DNA of 47,720 nt from Neoconidiobolus thromboides FSU 785 (GCA_025603075.1 MU626408.1:1-47720); one strand, 5' to 3'. Shown: positions 1-12,045, counted from the first letter of the stretch. A program made the numbers and translations. The notes: a model not told the origin generated them from the letters alone.

Positions 1-103
1 ATGTGCGGCATATGAATCAAACGGCAAATGTAACCCATCTATCTTTTATGTTGATGTAACCAAATGTGATTATTCTTATTACTAAAGATATTTTAAATTT
101 ACG

Positions 104-475
104 TAATTGGAATTCAGTCAATAAATATTATTTAAATAAACAACAACTATTATACTTTCTTTTTAATGGGTTATTAAATAATAATTTCAGCATAACTTTA
201 AATTGTTTTTAATACTATTAATGTAGTTTACTATTGTATTGAGCTACTTAAACTAAACACTAATGCAATCTTAAAATTAGAAAAAAATAAATTATACTTT
301 ATATTTAGTAGACTGTAAATTAAACTTAAGTTGTCAATTAACATGTAATGAAGTAACAATTAATAATTATATATATTATCTCCTTTTATCACAAAAAAGA
401 GCGCCTTCTTGGCTCAGTTGGCAGAGCGTCCGCCTAGTAAGCGGAAGGTCATTGGTTCGATTCCGATAGAAGGCA
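104..475 (+). repeat. Left arm of an inverted duplication (tRNA-Thr plus ~300 bp of 5' flank); partner at 2814..3148
   Basis: Upstream flanks align, e.g. ttatctccttttatcacaaaaaagagc, aaaaataaattat..tttagtagact, taattggaatt..caataaatat. Confidence 0.85.
403..475 (+). tRNA. tRNA-Thr(AGT), copy 1
   Basis: 73-nt cloverleaf GCCTTCT...AGAAGGC+A, anticodon arm TCCGC-CTAGTAA-GCGGA, T-loop TTCGATT; T-run at ~486-493 is a plausible Pol III terminator. Confidence 0.97.
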
Positions 476-643
476 TGGAGATATATTTTTTTTCCATGGT
501 CTCTTATCATTTTAAATTGGTAACATTACTACTCTTTATTCCGCATAATAAGATAACTATGAATTCATGTATAATAATAAACTTTCAAATTATATTAAAC
601 AACCGTGTTAAAAATTTAATTGATGTATATTTTAATATAGAAA

Positions 644-2403
644 CTAAATGAATTCTTCATGACAGATAATATTTTCCTTTTCTAAATAAGGTAAAAATAA
701 CTCAAGCATATCATAATCAATTGGTGCTAACACCCCTTTCTTAGTAAGTATACCATCTAAAATAAGTTGAGTAGCAATACCACAAGGTACACCTACAGTA
801 CGTGCCATAGCCGAATAACCATTAGGTTCACCATATTCTAATAAGGTAGAAGTTAAAGTTTCCTAAAATTAATAAAATATTAGTTTATTTGATAAAAATT
901 AATTTAGAATTGATTACCTTTTTCCCTTCTTTAGTTACAAAGTCAAATCGATGTTGTAATATAATCATATCTCTTTCGCCATCTTTATATGTCATCTTTT
1001 CTTCTAATGTATTACATAATGTATCCAATAAATTGCCTTTAGTAGTAATAGCATCTTCACTAAAGAAACCCAGCCATTTCATTCCTTTAAGTATATGTTC
1101 TTTAACACTTGGTTCATAAGCTTCTAATTTACAGTGAGAAATTATAGATTTTTGAAGTTCCCTATTTTTGTTAGTTAATTCTCAAAACTCGCTAATAATA
1201 TTTACTCTTCATTAGCTGGATTAAGATTTAATAATGTGGATACAATAGTCATCTTTTAACAAAATTAATATTTAACTTAGATAGTGTAATAATAAAAATA
1301 CCCAACTACATTGTTGTTGATCTAAGAATGGCTTTGGTGAGTCATCTAATAAACCAAGATCTACTAAGGCTTGAACAAAAGGTGGAAAGACCTATAAAAA
1401 TGTAAATGTATGTATTAAAACTAACACAAAACGCTTACTGAATATCTTAAGGAACCTCTAACTACTGTTTCAGCTTCAGGGATAGAATATCTATCATTAT
1501 AAAAAGAAGAATCTCTATTAGCATAAGAGACTAAGGAAAAAGCAGGGAAAATGTTTATAGGTTCTACACTACGCATTAAATCTTTTCCATTAACTTCTTG
1601 AATCTAAAATGATAGTAAATCTTTTAAGCCTTAATCAAAAACAATTCAAAATTTTAATTACTTTTCCATTTTTTAAAAATTTAGCGTCATTACGTAAAGC
1701 TAATAAGACCCCTCTTGAACTCCAAGAAAATTTATAACCTAATGGATTATTAGATGCTTCAGGGGCTGGTAAGCCACCACAAAAACTAGTAAAGGATTTG
1801 ACTTGTTTGCCTTCGGCATGGGCATCACGGATAGCTTTAACAGCATAAATATGATCTACTCCAGGATCCAATCCAATTTCATTCATAACTGTGATGCCAG
1901 CTTGTTTACATCTAATCCAATAATTTTAAAAAAAGGATCTAATTCTACAAAATAAATAATCTTACTTTTCATCTAATTCTAACATAGCTGGTGAAACATA
2001 AGAGGTTGTAACTACATTTTTCTTATATCTTATAGCCGAATTGATTACTTTGACATGATGGATATACGGGATTAAACTAATCACTAAATCATGTTTGCTT
2101 ACTAAATTATCTAAACTAGCTTCATCATTCACATCTACTTGAGCCCCATGTACACGTGAACTATCATATTTATTACTAAGAGCAACACTTCTTTCTAAGC
2201 GATAACTAGCTATTGAAAAAATTAGAAATCGTTATGAAATATGGTGACTTTAATTACCTATAGTAATTATATTGTTTTCATTTCTTAATAAATAATCCAC
2301 ACAGGGGGCAGCCACGTAACCAGAACCTAATAACAAAATTTTTCTATATAAAAAAAGTTAAAATTCATAAACATTAGCTATATAGCAATTACTTTTCACT
2401 CAT
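644..2403 (-). CDS. LYS9: Saccharopine dehydrogenase (NADP+, L-glutamate forming), multi-exon
   Basis: Spliced translation begins [23 protein letters not shown]; contains [17 protein letters not shown] and [30 protein letters not shown]; ends [10 protein letters not shown]; several short GT-AG introns. Confidence 0.95.
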
Positions 2404-2813
2404 TTTTGAATAAATTTCAATACCAATAATTCTATTTGAGCTCTTTTTATATACTTTTTGAACATATGCTTGCTATCTTTTTTCAGTTAATCAATCACTC
2501 AGGGTGACTCATTTATATTAACTCAAATTTTTTGGTCTTATTTATATTGATGAGCCTGCTTTTTTTAGTAAAATGTGGTAACTAATATTCTATTATTAGA
2601 ACATACATATCAAAACTACTATAGTTTAGAACTAATTGATACTAACTTTTACACAATATTTAATATTTTAATATACGAATTGGAAAATAAATCCAACAAC
2701 ATCAAAAACGTCATAATATATATGGTAATAGCTAAATGCATGATGATTTCATTAAAAAAAGTTGTTTATTATAAAATTGTAGTTTTTTTTACTACAAAGT
2801 TGATATAGATATA

Positions 2814-2886
2814 TGCCTTCTATCGGAATCGAACCAATGACCTTCCGCTTACTAGGCGGACGCTCTGCCAACTGAGCCAAGAAGGC
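2814..2886 (-). tRNA. tRNA-Thr(AGT), copy 2
   Basis: Reverse complement identical to 403..475. Confidence 0.97.
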
Positions 2887-3148
2887 GCTCTTTTTTGTGA
2901 TAAAAGGAGATAATGTATATAATTCTTAATTGTTATTTTATTATATGATTAATAGTTTAAAACTCGATCAAATGTTAATTCAATTATAGTCTACTAAATG
3001 TAAAGAATAATTTATTTTTCTCCGATTTTAAGACTATATTAATATTTAGTTAATATCTCAGAATAACTATTTAGCAAATAATAAAATGTAAATCTTATAA
3101 CAATCATTGTCTATTTAAATAATATATTTATTGGTTAAATTCCAATTA
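2814..3148 (-). repeat. Right arm of the inverted duplication; partner at 104..475
   Basis: Reverse complement aligns to 104..475 with substitutions and one larger indel. Confidence 0.85.
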
Positions 3149-3343
3149 TACTCTATCCGGAACACAATAATTACCATGATTGTTAGTGAAGAGGTATATT
3201 AATAATTGTCATATTTTGATGAATCTTAGCAGATAGTTTTCTTAACTAAGAAATTTTTATAGAAACACAATAAAAATAGCATAGTAATATAATAAAAAGC
3301 TATTTTTTGATATAAAAATTAATCTAAATAATTTAGTATAGTA

Positions 3344-3447
3344 TATAGGAATGTATTTTTTTTGGTTAACAATTTTAATAACAGTTATTCTACTCAATAG
3401 CACTTGAAAAATGGAAAAAGTAGTGGAATCAAAAAAACATACTTATA
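3344..3447 (+). mobile_element. ~104-bp hairpin repeat/MITE-like element, copy A (degenerate)
   Basis: TA-TAGGAATGT...ACATACTTA-TA with core aatagcacttgaaaaatggaaaaagtag. Confidence 0.7.
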
Positions 3448-3913
3448 TCTGATATATTCTAATTATATCTATAAAACAAACTATTTCTATAATCAATTTT
3501 AATATTTTTAGAACTATCATTATTATTTGATTTATTTTTTATAGTTTCATAGCCAGTATAATTATTTAATAGCTTAATATTAATATTATTTATTAAGATT
3601 GCTTTTATAAAATCAATAGTACATATTTTAGTATATGATTTACAACTACTGTGAAATCTGGTACTTAATGGTTGGAATCAAAAGCAGTTTTTGCTTGATA
3701 GACTTGAATTATGAAGAATAGCAAATAATAGGCTATGGACTATATAAAACAAATAGAATAGACAATACTCCTGTAAAGCATACATAAAATACTACCAGAA
3801 AGATTAGTAATATATATTAAAATATTATTAATGTTTTTATATCCATTATACTCACCTTTTATTTGTTATAAAATTATTGTTAATATTTTAAAATATTAAA
3901 ATTTATAAGAGTA

Positions 3914-4010
3914 TATGGGGATACATTTGTTTAAGGATTTTACTATTAATCTTTCTGCTCAAATAGCGCTTAAAAATGGAAAAAGTAATGAACTCAAAAA
4001 AAATATTAAT
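3914..4010 (+). mobile_element. Hairpin repeat copy B
   Basis: tatggggatacatttgtttaagg...ctcaaatagcgcttaaaaatggaaaaagtaatgaa; right end decayed. Confidence 0.8.
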
Positions 4011-4174
4011 TTACTTTAAACAGTTTGTAAAAACAGTATTAGCTGATTCATAATTAAATAATAATAAACTTAATAGACAGTTGGTTATTTTAATTATATA
4101 ATTTTTTAAAATATTCTACTTTTTTATTATTTTATATCTTTTTTTAGCTTTTTTTATATAAATTTTAATTATTA

Positions 4175-4277
4175 TTTGGGGATGTGTTTTTTTGTTTAAG
4201 AATTTTACTGCAATCTTTCCACTCAAATAGCACTTAAAAAATGGAAAAATAATGAAACCAAAAAAAACAGTCTCATT
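4175..4277 (+). mobile_element. Hairpin repeat copy C
   Basis: tggggatgtg...ctttccactcaaatagcacttaaaaaatggaaaaataatgaaacc...acagtctca. Confidence 0.85.
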
Positions 4278-4600
4278 TTATTTTTAAATTATTATTGTAT
4301 TACTATTATAAGAATTAAAAAAGTCTAAATAGTAATAAGATAATTATTTAAATAAAAAGTATTTATAAAATAGAATATATAATTAGTTAATTTTTTCTAT
4401 GAAAATAATATCAAAACAATTTAAAAGTAAATAAAATAAGAGGTTTTTTATTTTAAAATTATATTTTCATAAAAAATAAAGAATTTACATGAGATTTAAC
4501 TAAAGTTTTAAAAAAATAATAATTCAAACTTTAGAAACTAATCATAGTAATAATTGGTCCGATTTTAGGCATTTTTATTGCCCAGTTTAATTTTTTAGTA

Positions 4601-4705
4601 AGTGGGGATGTTTTTTTCGATTTTATTACTTTTCCATTTTTTTAAGTGTTATTTGAGTGGAAAGTTCGTTAATAAAATTCTTAAACAAAAAAATATATCC
4701 CCAAG
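4601..4705 (-). mobile_element. Hairpin repeat copy D
   Basis: Reverse-orientation match: tggggatg...ttttccattttttaagtgttatttgagtggaaag...atatcccca. Confidence 0.85.
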
Positions 4706-4830
4706 TACTTTTTATTTAAATAATCATATTGTTACTATTTAGTCTCTTTCAAAAACAACTAAAAATTACATATTATTTAGTTATCAAAATTGCTTATAAA
4801 AACAATCATATTTCTAAGAAATTTATGATA

Positions 4831-4946
4831 CACTAGTAAAGATTTCAGATAGTCACTCTCAAAAATCGATTTATTTAGTAAAATACGATAAATTTTTACT
4901 AAATAAATCGATTTTTGAGAGTGACTATCTGAAATCTTTACTAGTG
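4831..4946. mobile_element. Perfect 116-bp foldback/MITE-like element (second family), TA-flanked
   Basis: 4828..4883 is the exact reverse complement of 4894..4949 (56 bp) with a 10-nt spacer; reads TA|CACTAGT...ACTAGTG|TA. Confidence 0.85.
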
Positions 4947-7494
4947 TATAATTTAAATATTAAGATGTGTGCAGAAATTTAAATTTAAATAATTTATATC
5001 TTATATTGACACATTACACTTTAACTTAAATTTATTTTTATTATTAAAGCCATAAAATGCAAAATTGTTATTGATCTGATTGATAGTTTTTATTAAAATC
5101 ATAAAGCATTCTAATATTAAAATTAATTTAACATTAAATAGACTTAAATATATATAAGATGTAATTTTAAATATAAAGAAGATAATGTAAATAAAAAATA
5201 ATAAAATCTCATTAACTTGATATATTATTAGAAGGCTTTATAATATATACGACAAAAAGAAATGAATGTGGTTAAACCTATTATTAAATTATTATTTATT
5301 TGTTTTTTGTCATAAAATTCTAATTTAATGTCTACCTTGAAAAATAGAATCATAAAATTAAAATATAAATGATATATATTTTATAAATTTATTCCAATAG
5401 TTTTTATTTATAGCTTTCTTTCATGCTTTACTAGGAAGTATTTACTAAATTATCAGATAATTTTTATAGTAAAACTTAAAACTGTGGTTTTATATCTTTA
5501 AAATAGTAAAAGGCTTAATGTTTTAAATGTTCACTTTTTTAATTAGCTATCAAAATAGTTCATTGATCCATTTTGTTTAAAATATTAGTTTTTGATTAAA
5601 AATGAAGATTTTATGATTATCTATATCTCAATTTTGTTAAATTTTATTTCTCTATTTATTGCAATTATTTACTCAGTTTAGCTCTAATGTTCTAAAGTAT
5701 TTAGGCTGAATGTAAAAAAAGATTATTTTAAATAAAGTTTTATCTTGTATATTCAATATGCATACATATTAAATATACAAATTAATTATAACAATAGTAC
5801 ATAAAATATCTATAAAAGAGATTGATTTAGGGTGTTAATCAAAAATAATAATTTTACTAAAATGTAATAATATGTGAGCTTAAGGTTCAACTAGAAACTA
5901 GTGCATTTCTAATTATACAAGAATTATTAAATTTTAATATGTATTTTGATAGCTTATTTAATATAAATAGATAAATAAAATATAAAATATTTAGATATTT
6001 TTAAACAATATAATAACTTAATCTTATTCTGCCTTTTATAAAATTAATTTTAGTTTAACCAAACCCTGTTTTTTGAAATGACGCTTAGTTTAAGTTGGCT
6101 GGGTTTTCTAAAGGTTGGGAGGTAAAATAAAATAAGATTCAGATAATCAATAAAGAGAAAGGAATCGAAGAATTGATTGGTTAACAGCTATTTTTAGGGA
6201 TCTAAATAAAAAAACAAGGAATAACTAAGGGGGGTTAAAATTAATTTAAACTCTTGTATTTTAAGGGGAAAAATACAACTATCTTTTTTTAAATCAAACT
6301 TATTTTTGTTTAATTTATTTTAATAGTACAAAATAAAACCAAATAAAACTATTATTTTAAAACTTTTGAAATTTTACTATCTAGTCTTCCCGAGATAGCC
6401 TCTTGATAAAGAATATGGCCTTATTCTAAACATTTAATTTATTATTAATTGTCCTTTAGTGTACTTATCAGTCTTATTTTTTACCATTTATTCTTTAAAA
6501 TCTAAAGGTTCTTTTTTTTAATTATTTGTTTCAGTTAATTCTTTAGTTTATTTATTTAAAAATAATGATAACACAAAAAGCAAAAAAAGTTATATTGTCG
6601 TCCATTGTATTATACTATAAAAAACTAGATTCTAAGAGTGAGTTTTAATGTTTATTAAATATTAACATTATTAATATGCTAATTAACAAATATTAATTTC
6701 AAATGAAATAAAATTAGTTCATGTTTAGAATTAAAAAACTTGATTCGAATATGTTTAAAATAATTTTAAACCAAATTAGAAGTTCCTTAGTAATAATATC
6801 AAACCAAAAGGTAGGGTAGGGTGTTCAAAGTAAAAAGGAAATAAGATGAAGTAAGGTTAAAAGTGAACCACGTTTTTATACTGAGAATGTATTAGATTTT
6901 AAAGAAAATTTGCAAAAATGATGTCATTTTATAAGCCCCTAATTTTTTAAATAAATTTAAAATCCAAATTATGGGGAGTCTTCAATATGAATAATTTATA
7001 AATATGGTCATTCATAGGCATAATGAAAGGTTAAAAATAACAGACAATTTCATCTTCTAAATCAAGATCAACCTAATCTATAAATTTATAAGTTACTTAG
7101 CCTTTGAAGAAAATTGGTAAAGAGATTAAGTGAAATTTTAACTATAAATTAATGCTAAGTTGAATTTCATGAGCATTAACTTTCTTTTTTATTTTGTAAA
7201 TTCAAAATTTATTTTATTTTATAACTCATATTTAAATATTTAAACTGGTTTTAAACGTCAAGTTTCTACTTTAATTTTATAACTAAGTGTATTATTATTT
7301 ATCACTCTTTTAAATTATTTAAGTGTATCATCAATACCCTTATCTTTGTTCTGCTTGTATAAGTGATAGTATATATACAACACATCTTTAGATAATTATT
7401 TTTTAAAAATAGTTTATGCTATATTGTTATATTAAAGTAGCATAGCATAATAGAATCGAAACTCAAGCGCAATATATAAACCTAAATTAACATA

Positions 7495-9036
7495 ATGTAT
7501 TTAAACAGTAATCCATTGCTTAACAATAATAATAATAATAATTTATTACCACCATCACAACCATTTATAAGATCGCAGTCTGATGCAGTTAACAATAATG
7601 ATAATTCATTAAACCTAGATATGGCTAAACAACAACAGCAAGAGAATTATGATAATAACAGTGGACTACGTATGAAGAGGTACAATTCATTGCCAGATGT
7701 AGCTGAATACTTGGATCCTAATCAGCAACCAACGAATAATATGATGAACAATAACAATTCAAATAACAATAATTCACAACAAATAAATTCTTTGATGGCA
7801 GCATTCAATCAGAATAATAAGTTATATGAGAAGAATTCAACTTATTTTAATACTCAGCATTTGACGAATAACCAAATTCAAAATCTTCACTTGCCTCAGA
7901 TCATTACTACCAATTCCAACAATCATTCTTCTAACTTAAACGTTAATCATTATGATCATAGTTTATCTTTACCTATGTCTGCTGGTTTACCAGTACCTTT
8001 GTCCGCAGGTTTATCTATGCCATTATCTGCAGGTTTATCAGTTCCATTATCTGCAGGTATGTCAGTATCTTCCCATGAAAGTGTTAATAATTTATCACAT
8101 CCATCTTCAGTACCACACTCGCCTATTTTTAATATTGAACAATATAGCAATAGTAATAATCAATCAAATAGTCATTTATTATTAAATGATAAATTACAAT
8201 CAAGAAGGTTACCTAATGAAGATAATCATTCACATCTCATAAATGAAATGGCTTATAGTCAAGGTTATACAGTGAATTACTCACATAATAACCCTACAAA
8301 TAGCAATAGTAATATAAGTCCAATGTCCCCTCATTTTCCAGCAAACCCATCGAATTATCAGCCTTACTATCAAGACAATTTAATGTTAAACAGCCAAATG
8401 AAAAGGGCAAAGATAGAAGATAACTTCAATAATACTTTATTCCAGCATGCTCATGTTAATAGTTATTTAAATCATCAACATCCTCATGGTCATCATGCCA
8501 ACAACAATCCTCACATGTATAGTATTAATGAATCTGGTATGCCAATGGCTATCCCTATTCAAAATGCTCCTGCTCCTGATGCTGCTACTGCCCAAGCTGC
8601 ACAAGAAGCCATCAACGCTTCTGCTCATCTTCCACCACCAACTGATGATAGCGACCCAGAAGCAGTACCACGCCGTCAACATTTAAGATATCCAGGGGAT
8701 TTATATACGCCCCAATGGGTGAGATTTGGGGGTCATAAAAAGGAAGGATATTGTGATTTATGTAGTCCAGGAAAATGGTTACAGTTAAAGAATAGTGCTT
8801 ATTGGTACCATAAACAATTCTATCATGGGATTTCCTCAGTATCCGGAAAATTCTTTTCAGGGCCTATTCAAACACGTCAAAAAGATGCTGAAGTTGTTGA
8901 AGGACTTTGTCATCAATGTCAACAATGGATCCAAATGTCATCTGCCAAAAGAAGAAATTCAGTGCTTTGGTTCCGCCATGCTCATAAATGCCATGTTTAT
9001 CATAAACCTAAATCCATCTTTGGTAAAAGGGTTTAA
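7495..9036 (+). CDS. Putative transcription regulator with Rua1/Meu26-type C-terminal domain and N/Q/H-rich N-terminus
   Basis: 513-aa intronless ORF; C-terminus DLYTPQWVR..KKEGYCDLCSPGKWLQLKNSAYWYHKQFYHGISS..EGLCHQC..WFRHAHKCH resembles the fungal Rua1_C (formerly DUF4451) domain. Confidence 0.8.
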   Translation: MYLNSNPLLNNNNNNNLLPPSQPFIRSQSDAVNNNDNSLNLDMAKQQQQENYDNNSGLRMKRYNSLPDVAEYLDPNQQPTNNMMNNNNSNNNNSQQINSLMAAFNQNNKLYEKNSTYFNTQHLTNNQIQNLHLPQIITTNSNNHSSNLNVNHYDHSLSLPMSAGLPVPLSAGLSMPLSAGLSVPLSAGMSVSSHESVNNLSHPSSVPHSPIFNIEQYSNSNNQSNSHLLLNDKLQSRRLPNEDNHSHLINEMAYSQGYTVNYSHNNPTNSNSNISPMSPHFPANPSNYQPYYQDNLMLNSQMKRAKIEDNFNNTLFQHAHVNSYLNHQHPHGHHANNNPHMYSINESGMPMAIPIQNAPAPDAATAQAAQEAINASAHLPPPTDDSDPEAVPRRQHLRYPGDLYTPQWVRFGGHKKEGYCDLCSPGKWLQLKNSAYWYHKQFYHGISSVSGKFFSGPIQTRQKDAEVVEGLCHQCQQWIQMSSAKRRNSVLWFRHAHKCHVYHKPKSIFGKRV

Positions 9037-9223
9037 AAAGCAAGGCAATTTTTCACAGATTATTTTTTAAAACAGGATTTTAGCTTTCTCCTTTCTTTTT
9101 TCTAGTGTATTTTATTTTAGATTTCAAAAATAAAAAATAAAATTTATTTATTAACTATTTGCTTTAATGACTAGTTTTATTTTAATATTTACTTCTCACA
9201 TATTAAAATCTATTAAATAGGTG

Positions 9224-9320
9224 TATGAGGATGTCTTTGGTTCCTTTCCTTTTTCCATTTTTGAGTGATAACTGAGTTCAAAAATATTGTAAATTTCTAA
9301 TAAAAAGGGACATCCCTACA
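9224..9320 (-). mobile_element. Hairpin repeat copy U (degenerate)
   Basis: tatgaggatgtctttggttcc...ttttccatttttgagtgata...gtaaatttctaa...acatcccta aligns to the reverse consensus. Confidence 0.65.
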
Positions 9321-9928
9321 TGATAAGTGTAATAATCTAAGGTCTTACTTTGACTTTATAAAAAGTGGGCAAAAAATAATATAATCAAAAAATAATCTTG
9401 ATCTAAAATAGACAGCATTTTTTAGCGTTAAGATTTTTTAAGGTAAAAAGCACTCTATTAGCATTTAATGAATTATTTTTAAATTGTACATGAATAGAAT
9501 AGAATAGATCATTTATACTTTTGTAAAAGTTATTGAGATTCATTTATATATTCCAAGTATAAAGTCACCTTAAGGGAGGACAGTAAAGTAAAAGACGCTT
9601 ATATAAATTTCCCCCATCGTTAATTTCTAATCCAGAGTAGTGATGTCATGATTAAAAAAGCGATTTAGAAGAATATCAAATTAACGATGGGTATAGAAAT
9701 TAACTTATTATTTAGCTCATTGACACATACAAAAAAGGAAAGTGGCCAACAATAGCATTCTTAATGATACTAAATTATTAGTAAGAAACAGAAGCATGAT
9801 TATTAATAAACCGGTTATTAGGAACATGAAGATGAAAACGTCATCAAACGAATACAAGGAAATAAAGTATAAATAAGAGATAAATTGATGAGATTTAATC
9901 TAATCTAATCAAAAATTTAGTTTTAAAA

Positions 9929-11008
9929 ATGTTTAGGAATACCTTTAAAGTGTTAAGACCCAACACTTCATTTAAAGCATTCGCTGCTAACAATGTAAAA
10001 GTAAGTCAAGTACTTACCCAAGGACCAAAATTCCGTTACTATTCCAGTGCCCCAAATGAAGAAAATAAAAGTGGTAACAATAATATATTAATTGGTACTT
10101 TGTTAGTAGCTGGTGCAGGCTTAGGGTATTACTTTTATGGTAGTGATTCAAGTAAGAAAAATTCACAATCCAAAGTAGAAAGCATAGACTATCAAAAAGT
10201 GTACAATCGTATTGCATCCATATTAGATAAGGACGAAGATTATGATGATGGCAGTTATGGACCACTCTTAGTCCGTTTAGCTTGGCACGCTTCTGGTACC
10301 TATGATCATAAAGCCAAGAATGGTGGATCATGTGGCGCAACTATGAGATATGAAGAAGGAAAGTGGGGAGCTAATAAAGGGCTTCAGATTGCACGTAGTC
10401 TTTTAGAGCCTATAAAGAAGGAATTCCCACAGATTACCTACTCTGATTTATGGACTTTAGGTGGTGTTGTTGCTGTTCAAGAAATGCAAGGACCAACTAT
10501 CCCATGGAGACCAGGCAGGTCCGATGATAAGCCTGAAAATGAAAGACCACCTGATGGAAGATTACCTGATGCTAGCCAAGGTGAACAACATGTTCGAGAT
10601 GTGTTTTATAGGATGGGATTCAATGACCAAGAGGCCGTTGCCTTAATTGGAGCCCATGCTTTAGGACGTTGTCACACTGATCGTTCTGGTTATGAAGGCC
10701 CATGGACCTTTTCACCCACTATGTTTACTAATGACTACTTTGTTAAATTATTAGAAGAAAAATGGGTACCTAAAAAATGGAACGGACCACATCAATATGA
10801 AGATAAAAGTAGTGGTAACTTAATGATGTTACCAGCAGATTTATCTTTGATTAAAGATAGTACCTTCCGTAAGTATGTCGAACTTTATGCTAAGGATGAA
10901 AACAAATTCTTTGATGCCTTCTCCAAAGCTTACTCAAGATTATTAGAATTAGGCTTTGATTTTGATGCTTCTAAAAAACCATTGGAGTTTAAGAGAGTTG
11001 CACAGTAA
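9929..11008 (+). CDS. CCP1: Mitochondrial cytochrome c peroxidase
   Basis: Presequence plus TM segment; distal motif [13 protein letters not shown]; proximal motif [24 protein letters not shown]; intronless. Confidence 0.95.
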   Translation: MFRNTFKVLRPNTSFKAFAANNVKVSQVLTQGPKFRYYSSAPNEENKSGNNNILIGTLLVAGAGLGYYFYGSDSSKKNSQSKVESIDYQKVYNRIASILDKDEDYDDGSYGPLLVRLAWHASGTYDHKAKNGGSCGATMRYEEGKWGANKGLQIARSLLEPIKKEFPQITYSDLWTLGGVVAVQEMQGPTIPWRPGRSDDKPENERPPDGRLPDASQGEQHVRDVFYRMGFNDQEAVALIGAHALGRCHTDRSGYEGPWTFSPTMFTNDYFVKLLEEKWVPKKWNGPHQYEDKSSGNLMMLPADLSLIKDSTFRKYVELYAKDENKFFDAFSKAYSRLLELGFDFDASKKPLEFKRVAQ

Positions 11009-11942
11009 AATATCTTTTCAATATTATTATCATAATAAAAAATAAGTTCTTATTTATTTATATTATTAACTTTTAATATCCGTAATGAATTTAGTACAAA
11101 CAAAAAAATTGTCAAAAAAATTTTCTAATAATGATAGAATTATACAGATTAAGATTTGAATGTTTCTGGTATAGTAAAATTTAAATTTAGAGTCAAGAAA
11201 TGATTTATACTAAACATTAGTTTAAACTCCAATGATTACTTAATTTTTGATATAAAAAACTTTGTTCTTTGAATCTTTCTTAAATATGTTGTGTTGACAT
11301 AGTATATCTAGCTAAATAATAGCTGTTAAGCATAGGACGGATTAATTGATCGGTAAAAAGAAGAATTCTTATTTATAAATCAAAACAGCTTAGGGCTAAA
11401 TTAGACAAATATTATAAAAATGTAAAATAGTTTCATCTATTTATTACATTCAAAAGTACAATATTTACAATATTTAAATTAAAGTCAAAGTCTCAAGTTA
11501 ATCTAAGTAATTATTTCTAAAAGTGACATCTCAATAAACATCTATATTTTTTTACAGTTGGAAATTTATACTACATAAAATTTTAAAGTACTAAGAACTG
11601 GTTGTTTGTAAAATTATATTTTCCCAAAATCAATATTGCTATGTTAAAATAAAAATAGTTATTCTGAGTTTATAAAGTATCTAAAATAAATTTTGATATT
11701 TAATATCATAAATTGTTATGTGTTAAACGAAAAGTAGTTTATAGTTATATATCACTAACTTAATTTTCTATGTGAAAATTACTTTTTTTAAATTAAATAG
11801 TTTAGAATTAAAAATCATAAAAATGAAAAAGATGAAAACATTTTTAGATATTTGATAAAAACTTTGAAATAAAAAATGTCTATTAAGTATTATAGCTGTA
11901 AAAATGAATTAAAGGTTAACTAAAATGTATAATGAGTTAAAA

Positions 11943-12045
11943 TATGGAGACGTATTTTTTTGTTCAAGAATTTTACTAACAATCTTTCCACTCAAATAGC
12001 GCTTAAAAATGGAAAAAGTGATGAAATCAAAAAAACGTCCCCGTA
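11943..12045 (+). mobile_element. Hairpin repeat copy E
   Basis: tatggagacgt...ttttactaacaatctttccactcaaatagcgcttaaaaatggaaaaagtg...acgtccccgta. Confidence 0.9.

Noticed and set aside
409-651. 80-aa ORF on the plus strand
   Set aside because: Starts at a TTG inside tRNA-Thr copy 1; no protein similarity.
885-2808. ORFs 885..1082, 1635..1886, 889..1119 and 2575..2808 as separate genes
   Set aside because: The first two are LYS9 exons read into introns; the others are antisense or AT-rich chance ORFs.
9778-9784. TTAGTAA (Yap1-type response element) upstream of CCP1
   Set aside because: Biologically plausible, but this AT-rich 7-mer is common here (it also lies inside the repeat), so it is not informative alone.
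7952-10646. Alternative-frame and antisense ORFs inside the Rua1-like gene and CCP1
   Set aside because: Shadows of real coding sequence with no independent signal.
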